From Callorhinchus milii (Eukaryota), in contig NW_024704742.1 of the NCBI RefSeq assembly GCF_018977255.1, forward strand, positions 134,108,001 to 134,172,000: DNA of 64,000 bases, written 5' to 3'. The translations under genes were made by a program, and so were the position numbers. The notes under the pieces were generated by a model. It was not told where the DNA came from. It worked only from the letters and a program-made list of their open reading frames with translations, and searched no databases. Below, piece after piece: positions 10,501 through 23,869 of the stretch; positions within the stretch are counted from its first letter, which is position 1; the number at the start of each line of letters is the position of its first letter.

Positions 10501-13354
10501 GCCTGCCCCTCCAAGTCCTGCTGAGGAGCCAGGTTGGCTGGGCTGTCATCAGTGGTCCCCTGGACTGATGCAGACTTGCCTGCCTCAGAAACCAAGACAG
10601 CCACAGAGGGTTGACTTGACTCCCACATTGCATGACCAAGAGTACGTCAACTCAGAGCCAATTGTTCTGACCTACAGAACAAGATGACGTAACCTTTAAA
10701 TGAGAACTAAACCAGGTCAGAGCTAAATCAGAAAACATTTTTCAACAAAAAGAATTGTGGAAATGTAGAATTCACAACCTCCAAAAGATTGTGGATAACG
10801 CGTCAGTCAAAATATTCTATATTAATAATTCTTGCATTTGTTATGGAGTCTTTTCAAGTCATTAGCCTATGAGCAGAGATTGGAGCAACTGAGACTTTTT
10901 CTGAGACTGGGCAGAGTATAAAGGGATATGGTATACGGGGCAGACAAATAGGAATAAATTGGGCATTAATCAGCACCTAAGAAAATAGTTATAAACGTTT
11001 TCTTCTGATACTTAAGCGCTCCGGGACACTACCCCACGTGAAGGGCACTATATAAACATTGTTGTTGTTGATCCTTGTTAAGTCCCTGCTCTATCACAGT
11101 TCATCAGAAGTTGTGTCTGTATTGCACATTTTGTTAACATATTTAGCATCGATGAGGGCTTTGAAGGTGAGGAGAAGAATCTTGAACTCGATCCTCTGGG
11201 GATGGAAAGCCAGTGAAGCCGCGCGAGGATGGAGCTGATCGGCTCACATAGCTTAGTGGGGGAAGAGGACACGAGCTGCAGAGTTTTAAATAATCTGCAG
11301 TTTGTGGAGGGAAGAGGTGATAAGTCCGACTCTAAAGATCCCAGAGGAGGGGGCCGATTTCTACGGAACAGTTGCAATCAGTTCTTGCAATCAGACCAGA
11401 GAATCGGCAACACTTGAAACTATTAAAATGAGATGGACAGATACATCCCATTGAGTCGAATGAAAAAGCTTTGTCAATTTCACGCAACAGGTTTGGAATG
11501 ATATCAATGGGAACAACTTTAAAGACCATACACGCAGGGAAATAAATGCAACCTAACCCGCTCCCCCATCCCCATACATCTCCTCGACCATCACACATAC
11601 ATACACACACACCTCCTCACAACCACCCCCCATCCCCACCCCCACACACAGACTCACTCCCCTCACACACACACCTACTCATACACACCTCCTCATCACC
11701 CCAACACACACACCTCCTCACCCTCCCTCACCCACAGTCTCATACTCCAACACACACACACCCCTCACACACATAAACACCTCCTCATATACATCTACTT
11801 GTGGAGTCCTGCAGCTCAGTGGTTAGAGCACTCGCTTTGCAAGCGAGAGACCTGAGCTCAATCCCAGGCAGAGGGCGAAACCTTGGGCAAGTTTCCTTCC
11901 TCCACACAGAGCCTAATAATAATCCCTCCAAAACCAATAATACAAATTGGTCATTTTCAATCTACGACTGTTTGTGGGACATTGCTGTGCGCAATTGGCT
12001 GCCGCGTTCGCCCACAAATATACAGTCAATTCACTTTACAGTGTGTTCTGTGAAGCGCTTTGGGATGTCCTCCCGACGTGAAAAGCGCTATATCAAATGC
12101 AAGGATTATTATTATTATTATTTTTACTCATACTTCACACACACAGATACACACCTCCCCCCCTCCACCCCCACACACATACCTCCCCACATTTAAACAC
12201 AAATGCCTTTTCATCTGCAGGGTCAAAGCTTTAAGCTAAATCATATTGTTAGGCAAGAGAGTTGACTCCTCTTGTTAGAATAGCTGGGAGTCACCCTGAG
12301 CAACTTACACCTGTTGACAAACACCTGTTTAACTCTGAAGCCCCCATTTCTTTTACAATAATACTTTAATCATTTTAACTCAATAGAACTACACACACAC
12401 CCCCATCCCACCCCCCTCTTTTCTCCTCTGTCCTGAAGGCTTTTTTCTAAAAAAAGAGGGAATATTTTTTTTTAAGAGTTAAAAAAAAGTTGCCCCAAAA
12501 AAGGAAATAAAACGTTTTGCAGAAACACTTTTGCACACACAAAAAAAAGCACACAAATCAACCGCAAAATCGCAGCAAACAATTGTCGACCAGAGATGTT
12601 TGAACAATAACAACAATATTATTGATGCAAAGTGTTCCAGTAAAATCTTTTCCCTTTTTTAAAAAAAACAACAAAAATAACATTATGTCCTCATATCTTG
12701 ACATATAACCTGAGATAATAATAATAATGATAATAATATGAATATGATGTGTTATTTTAATATTAATAGCATCATTAGCTTCTGTGAATTGTTTTCCCCC
12801 TTTTATTGTAAGATTTTCCTCCCTTTTTTTGGGGGGGTGGGGAGGTGGGGGGGGGGGGGATCAAACATTTTATCCCCTTTTTTTAAAAAACATATTATGA
12901 TTATCACCATCATTTTTTTGTTGTTGAAATTACCTGTTGATATTGCACAGAAGCTAAGACCTGGTAACAGGGAAGACATTCACAATTCGTGTCAACCACA
13001 AACAAATCAACAAACACACAAACAAAATAAATAAACACACAAACAAAATAAAGAAACAAACAAAATAAATAAACAAACAAAATAAGTAAATAAACAAACA
13101 AACAAACAAACAAACAGCCCCCCCCCACACACACACACACACACTCACACACACACCCCCAATAATGTGTGCGTTTCACAACTCAACTCACCCACTGCCC
13201 AGTGGCTGCCTCTGGGGAACATTTTGGCCACTGCTCTGTCCCCTTGGTCTGGCACGGGGGCCGCCAAGCCATGGTGCAGCTCAGAGCTGCCCACACTCAG
13301 GACAATCAGAGAGAAGAGTGAACGGTATTTCCACAGGATCATTTCACAGCCCAT
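4498..13354 (-). CDS. GRP: Gastrin-releasing peptide precursor, whole gene span (join 13354-13192, 6322-6072, 4551-4498; 155 aa)
   Basis: The spliced translation gives a signal peptide, then APVPDQGDRAVAKMFPRGSHWAVGHLM, the amidation/cleavage signal GKK, and a C-terminal peptide ending LLQFMSLKDETPS*. It carries the bombesin-family WAVGHLM motif; intron phases 1 and 0 are consistent. Confidence 0.97.
4755..4983 (-). mobile_element. SINE nested in a CR1 3' fragment (CR1 parts about 4690-4754 and 4984-5047, + strand), within GRP intron 2
   Basis: The flanks join to match the CR1 3' ends at 22070-22200 and 34490-34618 (TTCTTATG tail). Confidence 0.8.
5690..5980 (+). mobile_element. Deu-domain SINE (SacSINE1/AmnSINE-like core), headless
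   Basis: atgagacattaaac..ctgttcaggtggatgttaaagatccc..ggctgtttgtggga..aaattggctgc core. Confidence 0.8.
6072..6322 (-). CDS. GRP: GRP coding exon 2
   Basis: Acceptor ttgcag|GC CAT TTG ATG GGG AAA AAG (GHLMGKK) running to KALGGNYKE, followed by the donor GAG|GCAAGT (GC type). Confidence 0.93.
7589..7830 (+). mobile_element. tRNA-derived SINE, 3'-truncated
   Basis: A and B boxes plus family body. Confidence 0.8.
11801..12121 (+). mobile_element. tRNA-derived SINE, young subfamily, full length
   Basis: GTGGAGTCCTGCAGCTCAGTGGTTAGAGCACTCGCTTTGCAAGCGAG head (TGC loop) through to the (ATT)n tail. Confidence 0.93.
13005..13156. repeat. (AAAC)n and (CA)n simple repeats at the start of GRP intron 1
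   Basis: Read directly from the sequence. Confidence 0.85.
13192..13354 (-). CDS. GRP: GRP coding exon 1 (signal peptide and N-terminal part of GRP-27)
   Basis: MGCEMILWKYRSLFSLIVLSVGSSELHHGLAAPVPDQGDRAVAKMFPRGSHWAV-G, then donor G|GTGAGT at 13191 (phase 1). Confidence 0.96.
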
Positions 13355-13425
13355 CTCTCTCTTTCTCTATCTCTCTCTCTCTCTCTCTCTCTCGTTCTTT
13401 TTTCTTTCTTTCTCCTTCTCTTTCA
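13354..13425. repeat. (CT)n/(GA)n microsatellite immediately upstream of the GRP ATG
   Basis: ctctctct tract abutting the start codon; a second tract lies at about 13595-13615. Confidence 0.85.
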
Positions 13426-13643
13426 CTCTATCCCAAACCCCAAACCCTCTGGCTGGAGCTAATCTCACCCAAAGCTCTTGGAGAGTTGTTGCACAGGCTT
13501 GGCTTGGCTTGGCTTTGGACTTGACTGGTTGACTTGACTCTCTTGGCTCTCAGCAACCTGAGGTAGGTGTCTCACTGTCTTGTCTTGTCTACTCCCTCTC
13601 TCTCTCTCTCTCTCTGTTTTTTTTTGCAAGGCTGTGATGGGAA

Positions 13644-13700
13644 TTTATAACAAACCATGACGAAAGGGGGGTTGGCTGACCAAATTAAAGTAGCTGACGA
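13644..13700 (-). promoter_or_regulatory. Putative GRP core promoter: TATAAA box and two CRE half-sites
   Basis: TATAAA on the minus strand at 13649-13644, about 290 nt upstream of the ATG; TGACG at 13658-13662 and 13695-13699. Confidence 0.6.
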
Positions 13701-13889
13701 TTGCTTGCGTGATAGTCTGTGTGTGTGTGCTTGTTTGGGGAGTATATATCAAACATCATATTGTCCTCCCACCTCTGGTTTTATTTCAAGAGGTGAGTTG
13801 TTGCCTATAAACAGCATCTGTATCATGCTCTTCACCCCCCCCCCACACACACACACACATACACACCATCTCCCCCAACCACCCACCCA

Positions 13890-14245
13890 CACATCATCTC
13901 CCCAATCCCCCCACCCCACTTACACATCATCTCCCCAATCCCTCCACCCCACCTATACATCAACTTCCCAATCCCCCCACCCCATTTACACATCATCTCC
14001 CCAATCCCCCCACCCCACCTATACATCATCTCCTCAATCCCCCCACCCCACTTACACATCATCTCCCCAATCCTCCCACCCCACTTACACATCATCTCCC
14101 CAATCCCCCCACCCCACTTACACATCATCTCCCCAATCCCCCCACCCCACCTATACATCATCTCCCAATCCCCCCACCCCACTTACACATCATCTCCCCA
14201 ATCCCCCACCCCACCTATACATCATCTCCCAATCCCCCCACTCCA
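13890..14245. repeat. 33-bp C-rich minisatellite (about 10-11 units)
   Basis: Unit CATCATCTCCCCAATCCCCCCACCCCACYTAYA; it produces the TYTSSPQSPHP periodicity in the ORF track. Confidence 0.9.
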
Positions 14246-16319
14246 CCCACACACACATATCATCTCCCCCACCCCCCACCCATCATCCCCCCAATCCCCA
14301 CCCCCCCCCCCCACCCACACATCATCCCTCCACACTCCCTCCCTCCCCCACCCCCCAGAAGATGACCCCTTCTTTCGAAAAACCGGGGGAAAAAAAACAA
14401 TGCACAGAAACTAACAAAAAATTACAAGAAGAATTTGGTCACTTCAATCCACGACTGTTTGTGGAGACGCTGCTGTGCGCAATTGTCTGCCGCGTTTCGC
14501 CCGCAAAATATAAAGTCGATTCACTTGACTGTAGATTCTGGGAAGCGCTTTGAGACGTCTCGAAGACATGATAAAGGAGCTGTATCAAATGCAAAGGTTA
14601 TCATTATTATTATTTGTTAAAGGGGGAAGGAGTGTGGGAACTAAATTGAAATTTTCCACTATTACAAATAACAGTCACCCACCCACACACATACACACAC
14701 ACACCATCTCCTATCCCCCTCCCCCCACACACTTTTGAAATCACTTGTTAAAGAGAGAGGGAATGGGGGAACTGAATTGACAATTTTCCACTATTAAAAA
14801 CAACTTAATGGTGGGGGTGGGGAAGGGAGAGAGCATTTTGTATATAGTTTTATTATTCTTGGCTAATGTTGTCCACCTGCCTGCCATTCCCCTCTCATCG
14901 ACAAGCCTTGATCGTGGCAGATGAACACAATGGTGTTAATGGATCTCCATTGAAGTAGGGACAAAAAAAGTATATTTATCCGAACGGTGGTGGTGGGTGG
15001 GAGAGTTGGGGTGGGAGGAGGGTGATTGTGTGTTACCAACTGAGCCCATCCCTCAATCCACCTGGTGATAGTAAGATGGGGGTGGAGGGAAATTACTTAC
15101 ACTTGGCAACTCAACTATAGGAAATTTATGACTGCCTCAAGACTTCACACAACTCACCCTACATTCATCTCAGCCTCGCCAGTCTTCCTTTCTGCTTTGT
15201 CCTCACTCCACTATTTTTCCTACATCTTAAACAGTCTTACACGCTCGTTAATTTCAATCCCTTTATTTTATTTTATTTTCTCCCGTCCTATCCTCTCATT
15301 TAATAATAATATTAATCCGTGCATTTAATGCAGGGCTTTAGCAGGTTGTCGCGACGTCTCAAAGCGCTTCACGGGATGGTATCGTATCGTTATCGTGCCG
15401 TGTGTTTTGCAGGTGAACACGGCAGCCAATTTGCGCACTGCAATGCGTCACAAACAACCGGGAAGTGAGTAGCCAATTTTATCTGGAAGATTGTTGGCCA
15501 GGACACTGGGGAGAAACTTCCTTCTCTTTTCGGCGAGTGCCACAGGTTCTTTAAGGTCCACCGGACTGACAGAAGCCTGCTATACAAATGTAATTTTTTT
15601 GTTGTGGTGGTGGTGGTGGTGGTTTGTTCTTTTCTCCTGTTGTCACCCCATGTTAGCATCACGTTCCTGTGTTCTTATTAATCCAATAATGATAATAATA
15701 ATCCTTGCAACGGATTTTACTGCAACATGCGGTGACTATGCATTTCGTGAGCGTGAATGTGGCAGCTAATTTGCCCATAGCAATGTCTCCCCAAAAACAG
15801 CCATGAAGTGAGTGACCAATCTTTTAATATGTCGGGATAATTCTTAGCCAGGACATTGGAAGTAACTCCTTTTCGTGTCGGAACACTGAAAGGCTGGCAA
15901 TTGCTGTTATCAATCTGAACTTGCCCCCAGCACAGATGTACATAAAACTTTGAAGTTAGATTAATTTCATCGGCAGAGAGATGCAACTTTGCTGAGCTCT
16001 CAACTCAGAAGTTCAAAAAAAATAATAATCCTTGCGTTGGATATACCGCTTGATCACGTCGTTGAGATGCCTCAAAGCGCTTCACAGAATATACTGTAAA
16101 GTGGACTCATCGTCCTCCGCCACTGTCAAGTGCTCTGAGATGCTGCCCTGAGTGAGAGGCGCTATATAAGTGCAAGTTGTTGTTGTTGATTCACTGGGGT
16201 GAAATTGTTGTTATTGTTATTTTTATTATTGTGGGCGAAATAATGATCCTTGCATTTGATATAGCGCCTTATCACGTCGTTAAGACGATTCAAACGCTTC
16301 ACAGAACATACTGTAAACA

Positions 16320-17140
16320 ACCACAACAACAGCAACTTGCATTTATATAGCACTCCTCCCGCAGGGTAGTGTCCCAGAGCACTTGATAATGGTGGAGCAC
16401 GGCACAGAGCTGGGGGGAGATGACCGTAGACCCGGTCGAATAGAAAGGTCTTTAAGCACGACCTAACGATGGGGAAGGATTGACTGTATATATCTAAGTG
16501 CTCTGAGACTCCACCTTGCATGAGGGGCTCTATAGCTCTCTTCGGTGCTGTACAAATCAGGAGGACGTCCCAAGGCGCTGAACAATCAGTGCTTCGGACC
16601 CAAGCTGGGGGTCGGGATTGGGGATGGTGGAGGACATGGGGGGGAAGGAGGGTGATCGAAGGCACAGTTGAAGAGGAGGGTTTTAAGACAGGTATTGGAG
16701 GAGGCAAGGGAGGGGGAGAGGCGGAGGAAGCACAGGAAGGGGTTCCAGAGGGTGGAGGCAGAGTGGCAGCAGGCCCGCCCGCCAATAGTGGGCGAGCAAG
16801 GTGGGGGAGCAAGGTGAACCAGGCCGGATCCCGCTGAGGGGAGGGAGCGAGCAGGATGGTAGGGGGTTAGGCAGTCACAGAGATAGGTGGGAGCAAAACC
16901 ATGGAGAGCTTTGAAGGTGAGGACCAGGTTACTAAACTGTATCCTCGGTGTGATGGGAAGCCAGTGGAGTTGGGCGAGGACTTGGGTGATAGGGTCGCTG
17001 AGCCTAGTGCAGGGGAGGACACGGGCTGCAGAGTTTTGGATGATCTGCAGCCTGTGGAGAGAGGAGTTGGGGAGGCCGACAAGCAGGGAGTTTGCATAGT
17101 CAAGCCGGGATGTTATGAATGCGTATAGAAGGTGTCGGCC
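16320..17140 (-). mobile_element. L2-clade LINE 3' fragments (two adjacent pieces)
   Basis: The minus strand encodes degenerate LDYANSLLVGLP..LQIIQNSAAR..LHWLP..LTFKALHG; tail gctatataaatgcaagttgctgttg. Confidence 0.85.
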
Positions 17141-20100
17141 ATGGATTAAGGGACGACATTTTTTTNGGGGTGGGAAAGCGATCTGACAATCAACTAAGAA
17201 CTAAGTTCCTACTTACTGCTGGATAAACAAGAGCATGTGGAGTAAGGAAACTTGGCCCCATCAGGGAAACACACCCAGTTCCTCTTGCTTGCCAGGCGAA
17301 CGCACTAGCCACTACACTACCAAATTCCAAATATTAATATTTATTTATGATTATTGAAGAGCAATATTCTCTCTCTTTCTCGCCATCGTCCTGTCTCTCT
17401 ACTGTCTCACACCGTCCATTTCAGTTGTAGAAAATGTACAACTGAAGAGAGGGAAAGATATACTGTGTTTTATTAACTTTCTTTTCAACGTACCTTTTTC
17501 CCTTTCAGCTCATGAATTTTTTTTGCTAACATTTTTGGAAAATATTTAAAACAATGCTATAAATCGAGAAAACAGATGAACTCTTTGAGTACAAGATAAT
17601 TTCTAAAATCTCGTTCCTGTCTGCTCTTAAAATTCTCTATTCTCTCCTTATCTTCTGTTTTCTGTGTGCCCCCTGAAGGTACCAGAGTTAGGCAGATTAT
17701 TCTAGAACAGCGAACACTTATCGAATGTCGCAAATAGGAAAATTTCATCATACAACGCTTTACCTTTTTTTTAAAAAATCGCACTCAAGATCTTAAATTG
17801 AAAATCCTGGTTAATCTCTTAGAGGCAGGTGGTTGCCAAAGGACCAAATGAAACGCAATATCTTTCTGTGTGTCTTAAATCTTACAGACGACCCCCTTTA
17901 TAATGGATAAGAAGTTCCATGAACATTTTATTTCCCCTCAGTCCACAGTTGCAAAACCAAAAGATACTGTGGAATGGGGGAAAATAAAATGATCATGAAG
18001 CAACTTATCCATTGTGAAGGGGATTTGCATTCATCGCAGTACCTTTCTTTGCATCTAATAAGCTTTGTTCATTCTCTTATTGTAGCCCAGAGTCCTTGAT
18101 CGTCTCCCTGTACTATTGTCTAACACACCTCTTGCCTGTGGCAAAACCTGTGTGTGGGGGTAGTTTATAATGCTAACCCACTCTTGTACAAACTGTGGGT
18201 TATATCAAGACAGCACTGTGCAAAATCAATACCTTACAAACAATAGGAGTGTAAAGATTTACAAAAGAGAGCTTTTAACTTGGAGAAAAAATTAAGATTT
18301 CCTGACTTTTTTCAGTTTTATTTTGCAAGTTTGGTAAGATTGGATGGTTTTTAATCGTGCTTCAACCTTCCTTCCCCATCACACAAACACACTCACTTAC
18401 ACAAACACACACAAACTCTCTCTCCCCATTATAAACCACAGAAAAAGGGTTTATAACTAGGATACTTGCATGCAACAGAACGGCAGAGGCTACAGTCTAA
18501 CACGCACAGCAGAAATAAACTCTCTTGCTCTGGAAAGATTAACACTTAAAATGCTGTCACCGTTTTGAATATGTTCTCCCCATGCCCTCATTTTTTTTTC
18601 ACCCCAAAGACGTCAGCCTGGTTCGTGAGGATGAGGCAAAAATGTATTGTCTAAAAGTGTATTCATATTCACTTTACAGTATAATTCTGTGAAGCGCTTT
18701 GAGACGTCTCAACGACGTGATAAGTCGCTAAATCAAATGCAACGATTACTATTATTATTAAGGCAGAATTATGGTAAATTCTTAAATTCAGTCTCAATCG
18801 GGAGGGTTTTCCCCAGTTCTTTGAAGAATAAAACAAGACAATTTTCAAGTTAAAATGAATTTGTTACCCCCTTTCCCTCACTGCCCTCCCCCCAAAAAAA
18901 ATTCTGCACAACCTTATATTGTGTGACAATGGTCATAAGGCTAAGAATATGTAACGTTTCAGGCTCTTCTATTGCAGATATCTGTCCCACAAAAGCAGAC
19001 AGGATATCTTGTAAAGTGGACTGACTGTGTATCGTGTAGGCAAAGTGTGGCAACCAATTTGCGTACAGCACTGTCCCACAAATAGCCATGAAGTAAATGA
19101 CCAATTTTATCTGGGTGGAAAGTTGGCCAGGACACTGGGAGGAACTCTTTTCTTTTTTCGAATAGCACCGTGGGATCTTTAACATTTACCTGATCATAAT
19201 AATCCTTGCATTTGGTGTAGCCCCTTACCACAACAGAAGGATATCTCAAAGTGCTTTACAGGAATTACTGTGAAATGGAGTAACTATGTATTTGGAGGCA
19301 AACGTAGCAAATGATCAAATAATGCCAAGTACTTGTCTTTAACAAATGAATGGAGAGTTTAGGTGGAGAAAGAGGAAGGGGCTTGGCTTGGGTTTCAGAG
19401 AAAACATGAATGAGATGTAGACAAACAGGGACATAAAACGTTTCTCTGAATTTATTCATAGAATCGGGCAAAGGAAGAGAAGCAAGACATTGACAGGAGT
19501 ACGTGTGAAATGAATTTCTCTTGGGGAGAAATTACATTTGTGTCTAGATGTATAATAATCCTTCCATTTGATGTACCTTCTTTTCACACTGTCAAAACTT
19601 CTCAAAGAGCTTCACAGAATTTTATTGTAAAGTGCAGTAAATGTGTATTCTGTAGGTAAACACAGCAGCCAAATTGTGCATAGCAATGTGCCACAAACAG
19701 CCAGGAAGTGAGTGGCTAATTTTACTTGGAAGATTGAAATCTACTTGAACGGTCAGAAGGGACCTTGGTTTAACATTTTATTTAAAGCACAACACCTCTG
19801 ACAATGTGGTGCTCCCCCGACACTGTTATGGAGTGTCAGCCTCGACTGTGAGTTCAGAGTCCTGACGAGGAGCTTGAACCCTCAACCTTCTAACTCGGAG
19901 GCGAGAGCGGTAGCGACTGAGCCAAGCTGACAATTTAGGAATTGACGGGTTACATAGTGGACAGCTCTTGGCAGAGGGATCTGTTACAAAGAGACAGAGC
20001 CTTAAAATCAAAACGGTTAGAACTGAGATCAGGAGACATTTCTTGACCCAGAGGATTGTGAAGATCTGTGATGCTCTGCACCAGAATTCTGTAGAGACAG

Positions 20101-20767
20101 AATCAGTGGAAAGTTTAGAAGATACATAGACAGGTACATGGGAACAGAGGTATAAAGAGGCATGCTAGGGTTTTGGGGTTTAAAAAATCTGCCAAGATCT
20201 AATAAAATGACAGGATAGGCTTAATGGGTTGGATACTGCAGCTTCCTCCTGTACAGTACCAATGACCTGGAATTCTCCATTTGATCAACAGAGGGCACCT
20301 GAGCTCTAAATATTGGACAAGACTGATATTCCACTGAAACTCAATAACTGTACAAAGGATATGTGAGAGAAATAGAGACAAAGTGAAAAATAAGGAGAGC
20401 GACAGACAGGCAGACAGTCAGACCGGCGGATCAGCAGGCAATACAAAATACAACACAAAATTACATTTGTATTTGTAACTCATAAGAACATTTGATCTCA
20501 GCCAACAGCCGAGAAGCAATTTTTTTTTGAAGGGATTATTACCTTCGGAAAAGCAATCAGCTAATCGACTAACAACCGGGTTCCTACTGCAAGAGCTTTT
20601 GGTACCAAGCTTCTGCATGTGAGTCACTGTTAGAAGCTCCTCCAAACTGTCAGCTTCCTTCTCTTTTACACCGTCTCCTCTTCTTTTTATTTCCATGGCA
20701 GTAAAATTGCTGTTAAGGACAAGTTGTTCTTTGAAAACAACTTTATTTTCAGCTGCGATAATCATCA

Positions 20768-21190
20768 TTAATAATCCTTGCATTTGGTACAGCGCCTTTT
20801 CGCGTGGGGAGGACATCTCAAAGTGCTTCACAGCATTTATAGTGCAGCGACTGTGTACTTGTCGGTGAACACGACAGCCCAATTGCATACAGCAATGTCA
20901 CACTAACAGCCATGAAACAAATTACCAAAGGTCTTTGGGGGATTGTTGGTCAGGACACCAGGAGAAACTCCCTTCTGTTTTTGAGTATGACTTCTTAAAC
21001 ATCCACCTGAACAGGCACACCTCGTTTTAACATCTTATCCGAAGAACGGCACCTCTGACAATGAACCCCCCCCAACGCTGCGTTGGAGTGTCAGCTTAGA
21101 TCATGTGAGTTCAAGTTCTGACGTGGGGCTTGAACCCACAAACTTCTGACTCAGAGGCGAGAGTGCTACCGACTGAGCCAGGGTACACAC
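20768..21190 (-). mobile_element. Full-length Deu-domain SINE with the second type of tRNA head
   Basis: Head TGGCTCAGTCGGTAGCACTCTCGCCTCTGAGTCAGAAG..GGTTCAAGCCCC, full Deu core, L2-like tail. Confidence 0.85.
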
Positions 21191-21414
21191 TGTCTCCACG
21201 GCTGTTTTAATTCAAGTTGGATCATTTTCTCGACTGTGGAAATGTCATCAGTGAGTTCATTGATTACCCGATTATGTCATTTTAAAAAAAATTGATCAGT
21301 TTAAAATCAATCCTCTGGTGTGTGAAGTGTATTGCTAGTGAAGCACAAAGCTCGATACCACATTAATAGAATCTGACCCCCTTTGTGGTTCTGTTTATCA
21401 GAGTATACTCCAAT

Positions 21415-21795
21415 ACTTCAAGGTCCTCACTCTAGTATGTAAATCCCTGAACACCTTGGCCCCTCCGCCATCTCCTCTCCTCTCATAGCACTACCCACTG
21501 CCTCCGTCCGGTCTACTGGCTCCAGCCTCCTCCTTGTCCCTCGAATCCTCCGCTCCACCATCGGTGGTCATGCCTTCAGCCACTACGCCCCGAAGCTATG
21601 AAACTCCCTCCCTCAATCCCTTTGCCTCGCCCCCTCTTTCCTCATTTTCAGGTCGCACCTGAAAACCTTACTCTTCGACCGTGCCTATGGGCACCTTCCC
21701 CCTGGCTCGGCCTCAAGCTCCACCATTGTTAAGCGCCATGAGATGCCGCCTGGCTAATAACCAGCACTATATAAATTCAGCTTGTTATTGTTATG
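21415..21795 (+). mobile_element. L2 LINE 3' fragment
   Basis: ttcaaggtcctcactctag..ccttcagccactacgccccgaagct..ctatataaatt; similar to copies at 51060-51410 and 56670-57030. Confidence 0.8.
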
Positions 21796-21861
21796 ACACG
21801 TTCACAGCGCCTCGAGAGACATGTGCATTGTTACATTAGTAAAGAAGGGGACTTTATGATG

Positions 21862-22200
21862 TCAACCACGATAAGCTGTTTCATCTTGAACTGAACAGCA
21901 GAACCAGAGGACACGGCCTGTGATTGAAGGGGGTAAATTCAAAACAAATCTGCGTGAACACTACTTCAGCGAGCGAGTAGTAAATTTATGGAACAGGCTT
22001 CCTAGGGAGAAAGTGGAAGCAGAAAGTGTTGATTCTTTCGAGAACAAATTACATAAGATTTCTGTTAGGAAATAATATGTTTGGGATACAGTATATATTT
22101 TGGGACACGACATTAGCAAGCAACTGCCAGGATGGTGGATGGTGGAAGGCGAACTGGATGGACCTTGGTCTTCGTTCGTCTAGCAATTCTTATGTTCTTA
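21862..22200 (+). mobile_element. CR1 LINE 3' fragment
   Basis: agaaccagaggacac (RTRGH)..ttcagcgagcgagtagtaaatttatggaac..; TTCTTATG tail. Confidence 0.85.
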
Positions 22201-23869
22201 AGAATGTATCGTATGGAGCCAGAAGGAGAAACTTGTAACAGATACTGTTCTGCATTTTCTATTTTTATCTTACAGCGCCTTTCACATCGGGAAGATGTCC
22301 CAGCGCCTTAGGACGTCCTCCCGACATGAAAGGCTCTATCCAAATGTCCTTTTGTATTGTATTTTCAGTTTTGAAACTGATTATTCCTGTCAGTGTCCAA
22401 ACACACAAGCAAATTAATAATAACATATAATAATCTTGCACTTGTTACAGCACCTTACCTCGAGGAGGGTTTTGAGGCAGGACTTGAAGGAGGCTAAGAA
22501 CAAGGAGGAAAGGGGACCTCTTTCTCTTGCTCACTATCACCTCCGAGATATTCCCCTAAATGAATATCACATTTCCCTGTAATAATAATATCATAATAAT
22601 CATAATGATCATAATTATACCATCATATTAATCATAATAATCCTTAAATTTGATATAGCACCTTAGCACTTCATTGAGACATTTCAAAGGGGTTCACAGA
22701 ATATGCTGTAATGTGAATTGACTATATTTTGTGGATGAAACATATATATGCAAGTTATTATAATTTTTACACAGATTTAATTATAATTACAATATTATAA
22801 CAAGATTGAAATAAAATGATAATACATATATTTCATTCACTTATAATTAAATAATATTTAAATCAATTCATTGTAATTATTCATTATAATTCAATGATAC
22901 ATTTTTAAATAGATGTGTAATTGCAAATTATTGCTATTTTTTTCGTTTTTACTTCATTTTTTGTCAAAATGCCCTGTGCAAAGAAAAAGGAGATATATTT
23001 TGTTTAAATGCTAAAAACAATTTGCGAAACAAATCTTTTGATCTGGCCCCACCTGCACACTGGGAGTTCTATAGCACGTTGTCTGGTGTGTGAACAGCAC
23101 TATAAAGAGTGGGCTTGACACCAGCCTCAGAAATGGACTGGTGTGTGGGTGAGCAGATAGATGAGTAGACAGGCATTCAGGTGACAAGTCCTTTTAGAAG
23201 ATGTGATTGCCGTACAATTACGATGGTAACTACTGTCAAAGCAATTACACAGGGGTGAGAAAACGGCATAAATTAAAAAAACAGTTTAGCTATTTAATTG
23301 GCAAGATTTCCCTCCCTGGTCAGGTAACCTATTTAATGCAAATTGTACAGCTCTTTGGCATATTGTGGGACTCCAGCGAATCCAGCCAAACAAATAGACG
23401 TGTGTTTTTATTTTTTGTCAAATTTGTCAATCGAGAAGGTGGCGATTTGAACAATGATGTTTCCCTTACTTGGTTGTCTAAGCATTCCTTTTGCAACCCA
23501 ATGCAATTCACACTTACATAGCGACTTTCACTTCAGGAAGATGTCTTAAAGCGCTTAATATGGTTTAAATGTAACCCTGCAAGCCAAAGCCCAAATGGGT
23601 CCTAGCTGGACAAAGAGCAGGAAAGCTTGCCAGACAGTGCTATATTTGGGGTTTTAGCTCGTTAGAGCCCAGAAGTTATCCCATCCCTAAGCATCCGGAA
23701 TTAGGTAAGCAGGATGCATCCCTCCAGGGAGAGAGATTCCAACAAGCTATCTCTGGAATTTCCATGTGTTGTTCCCTGGAGCAACTTACCTAATTCCAGA
23801 AAGTATGAGGCACAGGTTGGCAAGAGCTAAGACTTGGGGATCGAGTGTGGGTTGCCTTCAACGCCCTCC

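Noticed and set aside
11801..11880. tRNA-Ala-like sequences (also at 771, 25460, 32578, 39359, 55615)
   Set aside because: These are SINE heads: there is no proper acceptor stem and each is followed by SINE body and tail.
11801..12196. Recurrent short ORFs ending [11 protein letters not shown], suggesting a peptide family
   Set aside because: All are chance frames through SINE copies, with variable starts and frames.
13657..14553. 298-aa Pro/Ser/Thr-rich ORF resembling an extensin or mucin
   Set aside because: It is a translation of the 33-bp minisatellite plus a SINE fragment, with no splice or homology support.
20600..20755. Exon-like open stretch ENKVVFKEQLVL..., considered as a SEC11C remnant
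   Set aside because: Only VVFK resembles SEC11; it is flanked by SINE pieces, lacks a polypyrimidine tract and shows no other motif.
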